Assembly: GCA_017616775.1 (NCBI GenBank)
Contig: JAFZXM010000028.1
Coordinates: 2,172 to 66,171, forward strand
DNA from: Bacteroidales bacterium
Lineage (GTDB): Bacteria; Bacteroidota; Bacteroidia; Bacteroidales; WCHB1-69
Reading direction: 5' to 3'
Length of the DNA: 64,000 nucleotides
Made by a program: the position numbers and the translations under genes
Shown here: in pieces, positions 8,647 to 18,862 of the stretch
Numbering within the stretch: position 1 is the stretch's first letter
Layout of the letters: each line of letters begins with the position of its first letter
Notes under the pieces: model-generated
The model's input: only the letters and a program-made list of their open reading frames with translations
Database searches by the model: none
Told to the model about the DNA's origin: nothing

Positions 8647-10126
8647 ATCGTTTTACTTTTTTTGATGAGTCATTTGTATATTTATGAAATCGTTCCATAA
8701 TGATAGTCTTATAGGTGCTGTAGCCTTCCATGTGTAAACATTTGGATATCAATAGGTATATGCCTGTGTACAATATAATTTGTATCAGCATAATCAAATA
8801 CATGTGTATAGGCAGCAAGGTGCAGGAAAAATATACCGCTGCCCCGATGATGAGAGATAATAGATAACAGCCTCCTACATCTTTAATTTGTGCCCATAGG
8901 CCGTATTGTATGGTTCTTTTGTTCACCAAAGCATTGATGATAAAGCAAACATAACCGAATATGGTGCATGCCCACAACAATCCGTAAATACCGAACAAGG
9001 TACCGGTAAGAATGAGTGCGATACCTATCAGACGTTTGCTGAGTTGTAGGAAAAAATATGTTTTCCCTTTGCCGAGCGATTTTATCACATTGGTGTTAAG
9101 TGTGTTGAGTGTATAAATCATGCTGGAAATGCAAAGTATTTGAAAATAGGGGATGGCGGGTTCCCATTTGGCGCCGTAAAGCAATATAATCAGCGGTTTG
9201 GCGATGATAATTAAAAGCACCATGAGCGGAAAATTGAGGTAGGAGATGGCTTTTATATTTTTTTTAACGCCATACCGCAATTTTTCTTTGTCATCCTGAA
9301 GGGTGGCGAATATGGGAAAAGATACCTGATTGACAATTTGGGAAAGTGTTTCGGTGGGAACAGACTCTAATTTGCGGGCTTGCGTAAAATATCCCAGTTG
9401 GTTGGCGGAATACAATTTTCCGATGATTAAACTCTGGATATGGAAATAGACGGTTTCCACCAAGGCGGAAAGAGCCATCAGTCCGCCAAAAGAAAATAGT
9501 TCTTTTAAAGATTGAAAACTGAATTCCCAAGACGGACGCCAGGAACTCATTTTCCATAATAGCAATACATTGGTGATGCTACCTACTAAACTGGAAGCCA
9601 CCAAACTCCATACTCCGCAATTGCATAATGCCATAATAATGGCACATATTGCTCCTGCCAAGGAGGCGACAATATTTCTTACCGAAAGTTCTTTAAATCG
9701 TAATTGTTTTTGTAGTTGGCAGGATTGTATGGCGGAAAATGCCAAAATAATGAGGGAGATACTCTGTATTCTTAACACTTTGCAGAGTTCCGGCATGGCG
9801 TAGAAACGGGCAATGGCCGGTCCGCATACAAACAATATGGAATACAGAATGACGGATGTTGCCAAATTCCAATAGAAGACAGATGAAAAATCGACGTGGG
9901 AGGGATTTTTTTTCTGAATAAGGGCGGTGCCGAATCCGGCGGTGACCAATATGCCGGAAATGGCAATAAACACTTGCAACATGCCTATGCATCCGAAATC
10001 TTCCGGCATAAGCAGACGCGCCAGTATCAAATTGGAAATAAAAGAAAGACCCATAGTGCCGAATTTGCCTATGCTTGACCAAATCATGCCTATGATGGTT
10101 TTTTCTTTTAGCCCATTGCTTTGCAT
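8627..10126 (-). CDS. wzx: polysaccharide flippase (Wzx / MOP superfamily)
   Basis: 499 aa, hydrophobic throughout with many predicted TM helices. The N-terminus (KTIIGMIWSSIGKFGTMGLSFISNLILARLLMPEDFG) is typical of Wzx-type polysaccharide biosynthesis proteins. Confidence 0.8.
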   Translation of the reverse strand: MQSNGLKEKTIIGMIWSSIGKFGTMGLSFISNLILARLLMPEDFGCIGMLQVFIAISGILVTAGFGTALIQKKNPSHVDFSSVFYWNLATSVILYSILFVCGPAIARFYAMPELCKVLRIQSISLIILAFSAIQSCQLQKQLRFKELSVRNIVASLAGAICAIIMALCNCGVWSLVASSLVGSITNVLLLWKMSSWRPSWEFSFQSLKELFSFGGLMALSALVETVYFHIQSLIIGKLYSANQLGYFTQARKLESVPTETLSQIVNQVSFPIFATLQDDKEKLRYGVKKNIKAISYLNFPLMVLLIIIAKPLIILLYGAKWEPAIPYFQILCISSMIYTLNTLNTNVIKSLGKGKTYFFLQLSKRLIGIALILTGTLFGIYGLLWACTIFGYVCFIINALVNKRTIQYGLWAQIKDVGGCYLLSLIIGAAVYFSCTLLPIHMYLIMLIQIILYTGIYLLISKCLHMEGYSTYKTIIMERFHKYTNDSSKKVKRYEYKNY

Positions 10127-10138
10127 AATATGTTGCTG

Positions 10139-11344
10139 TTAACTTTTAGAAAAATCTTCCAGATACTGGAAGGGGGGTGTCAGTTTTCCGTTTTGGAGTA
10201 TGGTTCCCCGCTGTATGATATCGGAATGTTGTCTGTTGAGCAATGGCGTAAACACATGTTGCATCAGCATTTGTCCGAAATAGTCGCTGGTGTCCAAAGC
10301 CAAAGCATTGGGGCAGGTGTCCACCGCCATCACGCTAATGTTATCGGGCAGGGAAAAGGGTGGCATTTCTTGTCCGGTTATAGGATTATAATCGTAATAG
10401 GGCTCATCATGAGTAGTGGCTCTTAAAGTAGATTTTATACTTCCTTGAATATCGCAGGTGATGTCGCCTATCACCTTAATGGACAGGTTCGGATTTTTTA
10501 AGTCTTGTTCAGAAAGATATACAGGAGCATCGGGTGCCCAAAAATGGGCACAAATGAGCATGTCGGTGCAAACCGCCCAACGCATAAAAGTGCTGCGGTA
10601 TAGTTGAGGGCTGTGGTTGAAAGTTTCCCAGTTGAAGGCTTCGCCGCGGCAGTGCTCCACCAGTTGGGGGGCGTCTGCCACGCAATAGGAGATGCTGTCA
10701 ACAGCCGGTGTGTTCAAATATTGTTGTTCGGACATGTTCTTTGCACCTATTTTTTGCAATATGTATTGTGCTCCTTGCGATACACGGCCTGTTCCCGTAA
10801 TGAGGATTTTTATTTTCGGCAGTGCAATACTGCCCAATTGTTGTGTCAATTGCTCCAATGAAAATGTGATGTCAGGAGCCGGCAGGGTGTAGGTATGGTA
10901 TTTGAGACCATAGCAGCGCAGGGTATAGTAAACGCCTACAATCCCCGCCCACCAGCCAAAGGCACACACCCGTTTGTGACGGCTGTCGGTAAGATATTCA
11001 TAATCGGAAAAGGTGATGTGTTTTTCCATCATCGCTTGCAACAAGGGTTTGTTATAGGCTTGCATTTTAGCGATATGTCCGAAAAAGAAATAGTGCTTGT
11101 GGGGTATCAGTGATTGAATGTCGGCCTCTTTGATTCCGAATAAAACATCACAGTCGTCGATATTGTTGCATACTTGTATGCCTGCCTGCCGGTAAGCTTC
11201 ATCGGTATATGCTCTTATAGGACTGCTTTGCACCACAAACCGGTCATCAGGATAGGTGTTTTGCAATTGTGCCATTTGCTGTGGGGTAAGAGCCACCCTG
11301 TTGTCTATGGGAATCTTGGTTTCTTTAATAAGGCCTATTTTCAT
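10139..11344 (-). CDS. alanine-dehydrogenase/PNT-fold enzyme resembling lysine-ketoglutarate reductase (saccharopine dehydrogenase, L-lysine-forming)
   Basis: 401 aa. MKIGLIKETKIPIDNRVALTPQQ..., FFFGHIAKMQAYNKPLL, FSDYEYL, AFGWWAGIVG and ILITGTGRVSQGAQ are collinear with the LKR/AlaDH N-terminal and NAD-binding motifs. Confidence 0.6.
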   Translation of the reverse strand: MKIGLIKETKIPIDNRVALTPQQMAQLQNTYPDDRFVVQSSPIRAYTDEAYRQAGIQVCNNIDDCDVLFGIKEADIQSLIPHKHYFFFGHIAKMQAYNKPLLQAMMEKHITFSDYEYLTDSRHKRVCAFGWWAGIVGVYYTLRCYGLKYHTYTLPAPDITFSLEQLTQQLGSIALPKIKILITGTGRVSQGAQYILQKIGAKNMSEQQYLNTPAVDSISYCVADAPQLVEHCRGEAFNWETFNHSPQLYRSTFMRWAVCTDMLICAHFWAPDAPVYLSEQDLKNPNLSIKVIGDITCDIQGSIKSTLRATTHDEPYYDYNPITGQEMPPFSLPDNISVMAVDTCPNALALDTSDYFGQMLMQHVFTPLLNRQHSDIIQRGTILQNGKLTPPFQYLEDFSKS

Positions 11345-11383
11345 ATATACCTGTTGTTTTACAAAAAATAGTTGCAGGGTGAT

Positions 11384-11926
11384 TTAAAACGGACTTATAA
11401 AATCTTTAAACAAGGGATTGTTCCGGTCTTTTTCCGATACAATGGCATGTTGTATGTTCCAGTTGATGTTGAGGGCAGGGTCGTTCCACAATATGGCCAT
11501 TTCCGACTCTTTGTTATAGTAATTGCTTGTTTTATATACAAATACCGTGTCATCCTCCAATGCTACAAATCCGTGGGCAAAACCACGTGGAATCCAAAAC
11601 ATGTTGTTTTGAATGGTATCCAATCGCACCGACACATATTGTCCGTAGGTGGGGGATGCTTTTCGTATATCTACAGCCACATCCAGGGCGGCTCCGTGCA
11701 CTACCCGTACCAATTTGGCTTGGGCGTAAGGAGGGGCTTGCAAGTGTAAACCTCTCACCACGCCTTTTTTTGACACAGACTGGTTGTCTTGAACAAAATC
11801 GGCAACAACACCGTTTTGCTCGAATAATTGCCGGCTGAAACTTTCAAAAAAGCAACCACGACTATCACCAAACACCTTCGGGGTGATAATCAATGGGCCT
11901 TCTATGGTTGTTTTGATGAATTCCAT
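11384..11926 (-). CDS. rfbC: dTDP-4-dehydrorhamnose 3,5-epimerase (RmlC-type cupin)
   Basis: 180 aa. FGDSRGCFFESF...FVQDNQSVSKKGVVRGLHLQ...KLVRVVHGAALDVAVDIR...IPRGFAHGF is the canonical RmlC pattern. Confidence 0.9.
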   Translation of the reverse strand: MEFIKTTIEGPLIITPKVFGDSRGCFFESFSRQLFEQNGVVADFVQDNQSVSKKGVVRGLHLQAPPYAQAKLVRVVHGAALDVAVDIRKASPTYGQYVSVRLDTIQNNMFWIPRGFAHGFVALEDDTVFVYKTSNYYNKESEMAILWNDPALNINWNIQHAIVSEKDRNNPLFKDFISPF

Positions 11927-11950
11927 GTGTATTATTGGGATTGATAAGTG

Positions 11951-14359
11951 TTATTTTTTTTGTTTATTAAAGAAAGACAGGTGCTTTTTGATGAATGATG
12001 TTTCTTGAATATTGTGAGCGTTCACGTAATGATAGTAGTCTCCATATCCGTATCCGTATCCGTATTTTTTATGTTTATTGTCTTCGTGTGAAGATGCATT
12101 GAGCACAAAACTCAACTTTTTCATTTGTTGTTCTTCGTATAAATTGTTGATGGTTTCTATATACGGAATGATGGAATAATGTTCTTTAAACACATAGATG
12201 GGGTAATCGGTGATACGCATGCAGGCTATGGCGTCGGTAACCAGTCCGACAGGCGGGTTGTCAAAGAAGATATAGTCAAAGTTTTGTTTGAGCTCTTCCA
12301 ATAGTCTGGTCATATTGTCAGACATTAACAATTCGGACGGATTGGGGGGGATGCTTCCTGCCGTGATAAAATATAAGTTTTCCAGGCGGCTTTCATTAAT
12401 ACATTCTTTCCAGGTATATTCGCCTATCAGTATGTTGCTCATACCTTTGATATTGTGTATTTTCTTTTCCGGGGTGGAAAATGCCATATGTATTTTGGGT
12501 TTTCGCATATCCATGTCTAATATTACCACTTTTTTACCGGAGTAGGCAAAAATTCCGGCTAAATTAACGGTAATAAAAGTTTTGCCTTCTCCCGATACGG
12601 TAGAGGTGGTGGATACCAATTTGGGTCCGTTGCTGTTATTCATAAAAGTGAGATTGGACCTCAGCCGGCGGAAAGCTTCCGATATAATGGATTTGGGGTC
12701 TATGTCCACAACCAACTGGGAAAAATCCATTCCTTCTTCCATTTTGGGAATACTGCCCAAATAGGGTATATCCACATATTTGGTGATATCGTCTTTGCTG
12801 TCTATATAGTTGTAAGTTAAATATTTATACACAATATAGAGGGTGGATAATATTAATCCTATCACTATAAAAATGATATAAATTTTAAATTTGTCGGGAG
12901 TGGCTTTCAGGGAGGCGGGCGATGAATATTGTAATACAATAAAAGGAGAGGTGGTGCCGGCTTTCAGCAGAGTATAAGACATTCTGGATTCCAGCAAATG
13001 ATCATAATAGGAGTTGCTTATATTGGCATTGCGCAACAATTTTTTAAATTCCAGCACGTTGGAAAAATTGTCCTGAGATTTTAATATGGCCTGATACGAC
13101 TTTATTTTTTGTTGCAGCAAGTCTTTTTCGTCCTTGATGGAGGTGATGTTGTTTTGAATAATTTCTTTGAGAGCGTTTATTTGTACGTTGATTTGATGAT
13201 TCAGATTTTGAATTTTACCGCTGTTGGTGGTGTAGTTATATTGTAAATTTTCTTTTTCCAACAGCAATTGCTGAATTTTATCAATACAATTGCTTACGTT
13301 GTATTGCAAATTGCTGCCGATAATTTGTCCCATTAATTTGTAGGGGTCGCTTTCTGTTTCAAACGATTTTTCTATTTTGCGCAAACGTTTTTCGGTTTGT
13401 TCCAAAGTGTTGAGTTTGGCCAGGCATTCATCATAGTCTTCTTGGATGATATGTATATTTTTGTCATCGGGAGCGATAAAATTTTTGTTTTTCTTGTATT
13501 CATCCAATGTTTCTTCCCTGTTGTACACTTCCTGTTCCCATATTTCAAGCTGAGTGTCAATATATTCCAATACTTTGTTAAAACTTTCCTGACGTTGTAT
13601 TGCATAGAAATCCAAAAAGTCTTTGGTGATGGAATTAATAATATATCCGGCTTTGTCTGCATTGTTGTAGGTAAGGGATATATCTATGCCGCCATTTGCA
13701 TTTTCGGAAGGGTAAGCCGTAATTTTGTGTATATATTTTTCATTACGGTTTTTGGCATCTTGCAGTATGCAGTAATAGGTGTGTCCCACCAGGTTGGAGA
13801 GTTCGGTTTTGAGAACAAAATCGAAGGCGAAACGGGGGGTACTGACAAGGGTGGTGTCTTGGGAAACGGTATATGTTTTTGAAGTATTGTCGTTTTTTGT
13901 GCAATAGATACGAATTTGGTTTTTGTCTAAAAAATCGATATAAATGGGGGTGTTGTACAGCTGGGGGTGGGCGGAATCGAATATCACCTCAAAAGAATTA
14001 TTGGGAAAGAGTTCGGAATCCAGCACTTTTCCTTTCAAATAGTAATCAACATCCAAATTCAGTTTGGATAAACTTGATTCCAGAAATGTTTTGGATTGAA
14101 TCAGGTTGATGATTTTATTGGGAGATTCTTGTCTGGCTAAAAAATCATTATCCGAACCGGAGAAGCTGATGTTTTTATCATCCGATTTTTGGATAGTGGT
14201 AACGGCCTGATAGGTCGGGATGGTATATCTAAGATATAAAAATGCCGTCAAAAAGGTTAAGGCCAGCGATATAGGTATGATATACCAATATATTTGGAGC
14301 ACCGATTTTATCAGTTTAGGGTTCAGTTGGTCGTTAATGGGTTTAATTTCTTTTTTCAT
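11951..14359 (-). CDS. wzc: polysaccharide co-polymerase / BY-tyrosine kinase (Wzc/Ptk-like)
   Basis: 802 aa. N-terminal TM plus a long coiled periplasmic region, Walker A SGEGKTFITVNLAG, VILDMDMRKP, FFDNPP and a C-terminal tyrosine cluster KYGYGYGYGDYYHY. Confidence 0.85.
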   Translation of the reverse strand: MKKEIKPINDQLNPKLIKSVLQIYWYIIPISLALTFLTAFLYLRYTIPTYQAVTTIQKSDDKNISFSGSDNDFLARQESPNKIINLIQSKTFLESSLSKLNLDVDYYLKGKVLDSELFPNNSFEVIFDSAHPQLYNTPIYIDFLDKNQIRIYCTKNDNTSKTYTVSQDTTLVSTPRFAFDFVLKTELSNLVGHTYYCILQDAKNRNEKYIHKITAYPSENANGGIDISLTYNNADKAGYIINSITKDFLDFYAIQRQESFNKVLEYIDTQLEIWEQEVYNREETLDEYKKNKNFIAPDDKNIHIIQEDYDECLAKLNTLEQTEKRLRKIEKSFETESDPYKLMGQIIGSNLQYNVSNCIDKIQQLLLEKENLQYNYTTNSGKIQNLNHQINVQINALKEIIQNNITSIKDEKDLLQQKIKSYQAILKSQDNFSNVLEFKKLLRNANISNSYYDHLLESRMSYTLLKAGTTSPFIVLQYSSPASLKATPDKFKIYIIFIVIGLILSTLYIVYKYLTYNYIDSKDDITKYVDIPYLGSIPKMEEGMDFSQLVVDIDPKSIISEAFRRLRSNLTFMNNSNGPKLVSTTSTVSGEGKTFITVNLAGIFAYSGKKVVILDMDMRKPKIHMAFSTPEKKIHNIKGMSNILIGEYTWKECINESRLENLYFITAGSIPPNPSELLMSDNMTRLLEELKQNFDYIFFDNPPVGLVTDAIACMRITDYPIYVFKEHYSIIPYIETINNLYEEQQMKKLSFVLNASSHEDNKHKKYGYGYGYGDYYHYVNAHNIQETSFIKKHLSFFNKQKK

Positions 14360-14367
14360 AAATACAA

Positions 14368-15150
14368 TTATTTGTTAGATGAACCGGAGGAGAGTGCTTT
14401 GAATTGATTTACAGAATTGATTATCAAGAAGGTGGTGGAAAGCAGGGTGAGATAAGGATTCAACTCGTTGAGGAACCGGCTTACAGGTCTCAACCTTGGT
14501 TCTACATATATGATATCATTGGCTTTGAGTGTTAAATTAGCTTGTTTCATGCCGTCAATGGTGGAAAGGTCCACCTGATATACGATGGGGTCTTTCAAGT
14601 CTCCCCTTATGAGTCTTATTTTGCAGGCTCTGCCATCGGTGATACCGCCGGCTTGGGCAAGTGCTTCTATGAGGGTGGTGTTTTCCTGATTGAGCGTAAT
14701 CACTTTGGCGGTGCCTCCTTCACCTCCCGGGAAGATGGTAACTCTGTGATTGGTGATTTTGACTCTTACCATGGGAGAGTTCATATATTGGGCATAGGCC
14801 AGTTCCAAGGTGTCTTCCAATTGTCGGGTAGTGAGCCCTGCCACCTGGATGCGTCCCAAACGGGGCAATTTAACCATGCCGTCGAATTCCACGGTAAATG
14901 AGCGCCCGTAATTATTATTGTTGCCGCTGTTGCCGGAGGTGCCGTTTTCGAATATATTTTCTCCTTCCTGCAAATCTACGCTTATCTGTAAAATATCGTT
15001 GGGGGCTATTTTATATTCGGTATAGCGTTCTTCTTGGGGGAAGGGTTGTATTTGACTTTTGGTGGCTCTCAGCATACGTGTGGGCATAAATACTTTGCAG
15101 GAGTTGAGCAGCAATAGCATTGAAACGAACAATAAGATATGTCTTTTCAT
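14368..15150 (-). CDS. wza: polysaccharide export outer-membrane protein (Wza-like)
   Basis: 260 aa. Signal peptide with a candidate lipobox cysteine (LLLLNSC), Poly_export-like YKIAPNDILQISV and an SLBB-like segment. Its start ATG overlaps the pssA stop (TAATG). Confidence 0.8.
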   Translation of the reverse strand: MKRHILLFVSMLLLLNSCKVFMPTRMLRATKSQIQPFPQEERYTEYKIAPNDILQISVDLQEGENIFENGTSGNSGNNNNYGRSFTVEFDGMVKLPRLGRIQVAGLTTRQLEDTLELAYAQYMNSPMVRVKITNHRVTIFPGGEGGTAKVITLNQENTTLIEALAQAGGITDGRACKIRLIRGDLKDPIVYQVDLSTIDGMKQANLTLKANDIIYVEPRLRPVSRFLNELNPYLTLLSTTFLIINSVNQFKALSSGSSNK

Positions 15151-15881
15151 TATTTTTGGTTGGTTTTGTGATTTTCAATAATGGATAATATGATGTAAAC
15201 AAGCATAATGGGTATAATGGCAAGGGGAAGCATATGTTTTATCCCGCATACTGTTATCAGGGCGATACTGCATAAGACAAGAGCATAGCGTGCAGCATTG
15301 TTTTTAAAGGTAAAATCGTGGAATTTAAGAGACAGCAGCGGGTATTCACACAGCATGGCCGCGCATAACAATGCCATAACGGTGATGTATATGATAAAAG
15401 AGGTTTGATTATAAGGCAAATGCCAAAAAGGGGTGGAGATGAGTATAAAGGCGGCGGCAGGGGATGGCAATCCCAAAAATTGTTCGGTTTGGCGGGTGTC
15501 CAAATTGAATTTAGCCAGGCGCACAGCCACGCAGCAGGCATAAATGATGCTGCAGGCGGCAGGAATTATATTGATGTTGAAAGTTTCATATAAAGGCATA
15601 TCGGTCAGCAGCAGGGTGCGGGATAACATATAATACATTATGAATGCGGGGGCTAATCCGAATGATATCATATCGCACAGGGAGTCCAATTCTTTTCCTA
15701 TGTCTGATTTTGTATGCAGCATGCGGGCGGCAAAGCCGTCGAAAAAGTCAAAAACGGCGGCAGCCAGCACCATAAGGGCTGCATATTGGAACTGCCATTG
15801 AACAGCCAGAAGCAATGATATGCATCCGCATGTGAGGTTGCCTAGCGTTATAGCGTTGGGGATATGCTTTTTTATATTCAT
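15150..15881 (-). CDS. pssA: CDP-diacylglycerol--serine O-phosphatidyltransferase
   Basis: CDP-alcohol phosphatidyltransferase motif DFFDGFAARMLHTKSDIGKELDSLCD, N-terminus IPNAITLGNL, multiple TM helices. Confidence 0.85.
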   Translation of the reverse strand: MNIKKHIPNAITLGNLTCGCISLLLAVQWQFQYAALMVLAAAVFDFFDGFAARMLHTKSDIGKELDSLCDMISFGLAPAFIMYYMLSRTLLLTDMPLYETFNINIIPAACSIIYACCVAVRLAKFNLDTRQTEQFLGLPSPAAAFILISTPFWHLPYNQTSFIIYITVMALLCAAMLCEYPLLSLKFHDFTFKNNAARYALVLCSIALITVCGIKHMLPLAIIPIMLVYIILSIIENHKTNQK

Positions 15882-15884
15882 CTT

Positions 15885-16943
15885 TTAAGCGTTTTGGTCA
15901 AACAATGTTCCGGTATATTTGTCATTTTGCCGGCAGCCCAAGTGTTCATAGGCGGCGGGGGTGACTTCTCTTCCGCGTGGTGTACGCACCAGAAAGCCTT
16001 CTTGTATTAAGAACGGTTCATATACCTCTTCTATGGTGCCGGCATCTTCGCCTACGGCGGTGGCAATGGTGTTTAATCCTACAGGACCGCCTTTGAATTT
16101 GGTGATAATGCAGGTAAGAATGCGGTTGTCCATTTCGTCCAGACCGTGTTCGTCAACGTTGAGGGCGCTTAATCCGAAACGTGCTATTTCCAAGTCTATA
16201 TTGCCGTTGCCTTTTATTTGGGCAAAGTCGCGGACTCGTCTCAACAGCAAATTGGCTATACGGGGGGTTCCTCTGCTGCGGCGTGCTATTTCATGGGCTG
16301 CGTTTTTGTCTATTTGTATATTCAATATGCCGGCAGAGCGACTGATAATACGTTCCAATGTGGGGGTATCGTAATAGTTGAGCCGCAAGTTGATGCCGAA
16401 TCGGGAGCGCAGAGGGGCGGTAAGTAATCCGGAACGGGTGGTGGCGCCCACCAGCGTGAACGGGTTAAGCCCTATTTGCACATTGCGGGCATTGGGCCCC
16501 GATTCAATGAGAACATCTATTTTATAATCCTCCATGGCTGAATACAAATATTCTTCCACCACAGGTGACAAGCGGTGTATTTCGTCAATAAACAATACAT
16601 CGTTGGGCTCCAGATTGGTGAGCAAACCTGCCAAGTCTCCCGGCTTGTCTATTACCGGACCTGAACTTACTTTCACATTGACGCCCATTTCGTTGGCAAT
16701 GATATAGGAAAGGGTGGTTTTGCCCAGTCCGGGAGGACCGTGAAGCAATACATGGTCCAAACTTTCCCCTCTTTGTTTGGCCGCACGAACAAATATTTTA
16801 AGGTTTTCCACCACGTGCTCCTGACCTGCAAATTCTTCAAATCCGGAAGGGCGAATTACTTTTTCCATCTCTTTTTCCGAAACGGAAAGCCTTTCTGCAT
16901 GCGGATCCAAATGGGGATTGTTTGTTGTTCTTTTTGTTCCCAT
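15885..16943 (-). CDS. ruvB: Holliday junction branch-migration ATPase RuvB
   Basis: [18 protein letters not shown]...[12 protein letters not shown]...LFIDEIHRL...RTPRGREVT, canonical RuvB. Confidence 0.95.
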   Translation of the reverse strand: MGTKRTTNNPHLDPHAERLSVSEKEMEKVIRPSGFEEFAGQEHVVENLKIFVRAAKQRGESLDHVLLHGPPGLGKTTLSYIIANEMGVNVKVSSGPVIDKPGDLAGLLTNLEPNDVLFIDEIHRLSPVVEEYLYSAMEDYKIDVLIESGPNARNVQIGLNPFTLVGATTRSGLLTAPLRSRFGINLRLNYYDTPTLERIISRSAGILNIQIDKNAAHEIARRSRGTPRIANLLLRRVRDFAQIKGNGNIDLEIARFGLSALNVDEHGLDEMDNRILTCIITKFKGGPVGLNTIATAVGEDAGTIEEVYEPFLIQEGFLVRTPRGREVTPAAYEHLGCRQNDKYTGTLFDQNA

Positions 16944-16950
16944 ATTTTGT

Positions 16951-18831
16951 TTATAACGTTAAATCTTCTTCAGTGCGGAGATTGTCAATAATAAAATTCT
17001 GTCGCTCCATGGTGTTTTGTCCCATGTAATATGCCAGCATATCGTCTATGGTAGCTTCGTTGCTTATTACCACAGGGTCTAACCGTATGTCTTTACCGAT
17101 GAAATTTTTGAATTCATCGGGAGATATTTCTCCCAGACCTTTGAATCGGGTGATTTCCACCTTTCCCGGCATTTTTCCTGCAGTGATATTTCTTTCTTCT
17201 TCGGAATAGCAATAGCGGGTTTCTTTTTTATTGCGAACTCTGAACAGGGGCGTTTGTAATATATAGAGATGCCCTTTTTTGATAAGGTCAGGGTAAAATT
17301 GCAAAAAGAAAGTGAGCAGCAACAAGCGGATATGCATGCCGTCAACATCGGCATCGGTGGCAATAACAATGTTATTGTATCTCAAATTATCCAAGCCGTC
17401 TTCTATGTCAAGGGCATTTTGTAAAAAATTGAGTTCTTCGTTTTTGAAAGTTTCATCCTTTTTTTTGCCATAGCTGTTGAAAGGCTTTCCCCGCAGGGAA
17501 AACACGGCTTGTGTTTCCGCATTGCGGGATTTGGTGATGGAACCCGAAGCCGAATCACCTTCGGTGATAAAGAGGGTGGTTTCCAAACGGCGGTCATTGT
17601 CGGTGTTTTTGCTTTTAAAGCTGTCGCATAAATGGATGTGGCAATCTCTTAATTTTTTGTTGACAATATTGTTTTTTTTGCCGTCTTTGTTCTTTTTGTG
17701 CAGTTCGGCTATCTCTTTGCGTTCATTTTCCGATTCTATAATTTTTTGTTGCCATATGGCAGCCACTTCCGGATGCATGTGGAGATAGTTGTCAAGCAGG
17801 CGGCACACTATATCCATGATGTACCAGCGTATGGTGGGCCCTGCTGCAATGTTTTTTTCAGGATTGGCAGGCCACATGTTGGTGGAACCCAATTTGGTTT
17901 TGGTTTGACCTTCAAATTGGGGCTCTTGTATCCGTATGCTCAATGCCGCACATATGGATTGCCGTATATCCACAGGGTCGTATTCTTTTTTGAAATATTC
18001 TCTGGCACATTTCACCAAAGCTTCACGCAAGGCATTTTGATGAGTGCCGCCGTGTGTGGTGTGCTGTCCGTTTACGAAAGTGTAATATTCATCACCATTG
18101 CCTTTGACTTTGTGCGTGAATGCCAATTCCAACTTATCCTCTTGCAAATGGATGATGGGATAGGCCGGCTGGCTGATATTTTGTTCCATAAGGTCCAACA
18201 AGCCGTTTTTGGAATAATAACGCTGCCCGTTGCATATTAAGGAAAGCCCTTTGTTCAAAAAGGCATAGTTCCATAGCATTTTTTCTACAAATTCGGAATA
18301 AAATGTGTAATTGCCGAATATGCTTTCGTCATTATCCGGAATAAAAGTGATAATGGTGCCATTGTGTTCGGTGGTGGCGGTAACAGGATAGTCTTGTGTG
18401 AGTATGCCCCGGGAAAATTCTGCCGTTTTGGTTTGCCCGTTGCGTATGGATTGCACTTTAAAATAGCTGGACAAAGCATTTACCGCCTTGGTGCCCACAC
18501 CGTTCATGCCTACCGATTGTTGGAATGACTCACTGTCGAATTTGCCTCCCGTATTCATTTTGGACACACAGTCGATGGTTTTTTCCAAGGGAATGCCCCG
18601 CCCGTAATCCCTTACACTTACACAATTGTCTTTGATGGTGATTTCTATGGTTTTGCCCACACCTTGATTGAATTCATCTATAGAATTGTCTATTACTTCT
18701 TTAAGCAATATATATATACCATCATCCGCAGATGAGCCGTCCCCCAGGCGGCCTACATACATGCCCGGCCGTTTGCGCAGGTGAACTTGCCAATCTAACG
18801 TTTTAATGTTATCTGCTGTGTAGTTCGTCAT
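16951..18831 (-). CDS. parE: type IIA topoisomerase B subunit (topoisomerase IV ParE-type)
   Basis: 626 aa. [45 protein letters not shown] and [11 protein letters not shown]. The length and the MNGVG variant favour ParE over GyrB. Confidence 0.8.
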   Translation of the reverse strand: MTNYTADNIKTLDWQVHLRKRPGMYVGRLGDGSSADDGIYILLKEVIDNSIDEFNQGVGKTIEITIKDNCVSVRDYGRGIPLEKTIDCVSKMNTGGKFDSESFQQSVGMNGVGTKAVNALSSYFKVQSIRNGQTKTAEFSRGILTQDYPVTATTEHNGTIITFIPDNDESIFGNYTFYSEFVEKMLWNYAFLNKGLSLICNGQRYYSKNGLLDLMEQNISQPAYPIIHLQEDKLELAFTHKVKGNGDEYYTFVNGQHTTHGGTHQNALREALVKCAREYFKKEYDPVDIRQSICAALSIRIQEPQFEGQTKTKLGSTNMWPANPEKNIAAGPTIRWYIMDIVCRLLDNYLHMHPEVAAIWQQKIIESENERKEIAELHKKNKDGKKNNIVNKKLRDCHIHLCDSFKSKNTDNDRRLETTLFITEGDSASGSITKSRNAETQAVFSLRGKPFNSYGKKKDETFKNEELNFLQNALDIEDGLDNLRYNNIVIATDADVDGMHIRLLLLTFFLQFYPDLIKKGHLYILQTPLFRVRNKKETRYCYSEEERNITAGKMPGKVEITRFKGLGEISPDEFKNFIGKDIRLDPVVISNEATIDDMLAYYMGQNTMERQNFIIDNLRTEEDLTL

Positions 18832-18862
18832 TTATTTAAAATTTCTCCCTCAAAAAATATCA

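Noticed and set aside
9900-9914. Homopolymer runs of 8-9 nt within or near genes (A8 in wzx near 9907-9914, T8/A8 runs at 17459, 17673 and 27007, T9 upstream of the dksA promoter box at 29800-29808), considered as phase-variation switches.
   Set aside because: The tracts are short for slipped-strand switching. In coding regions they simply encode Lys-Lys in an AT-rich genome. There is no evidence of alternative frames restoring ORFs.
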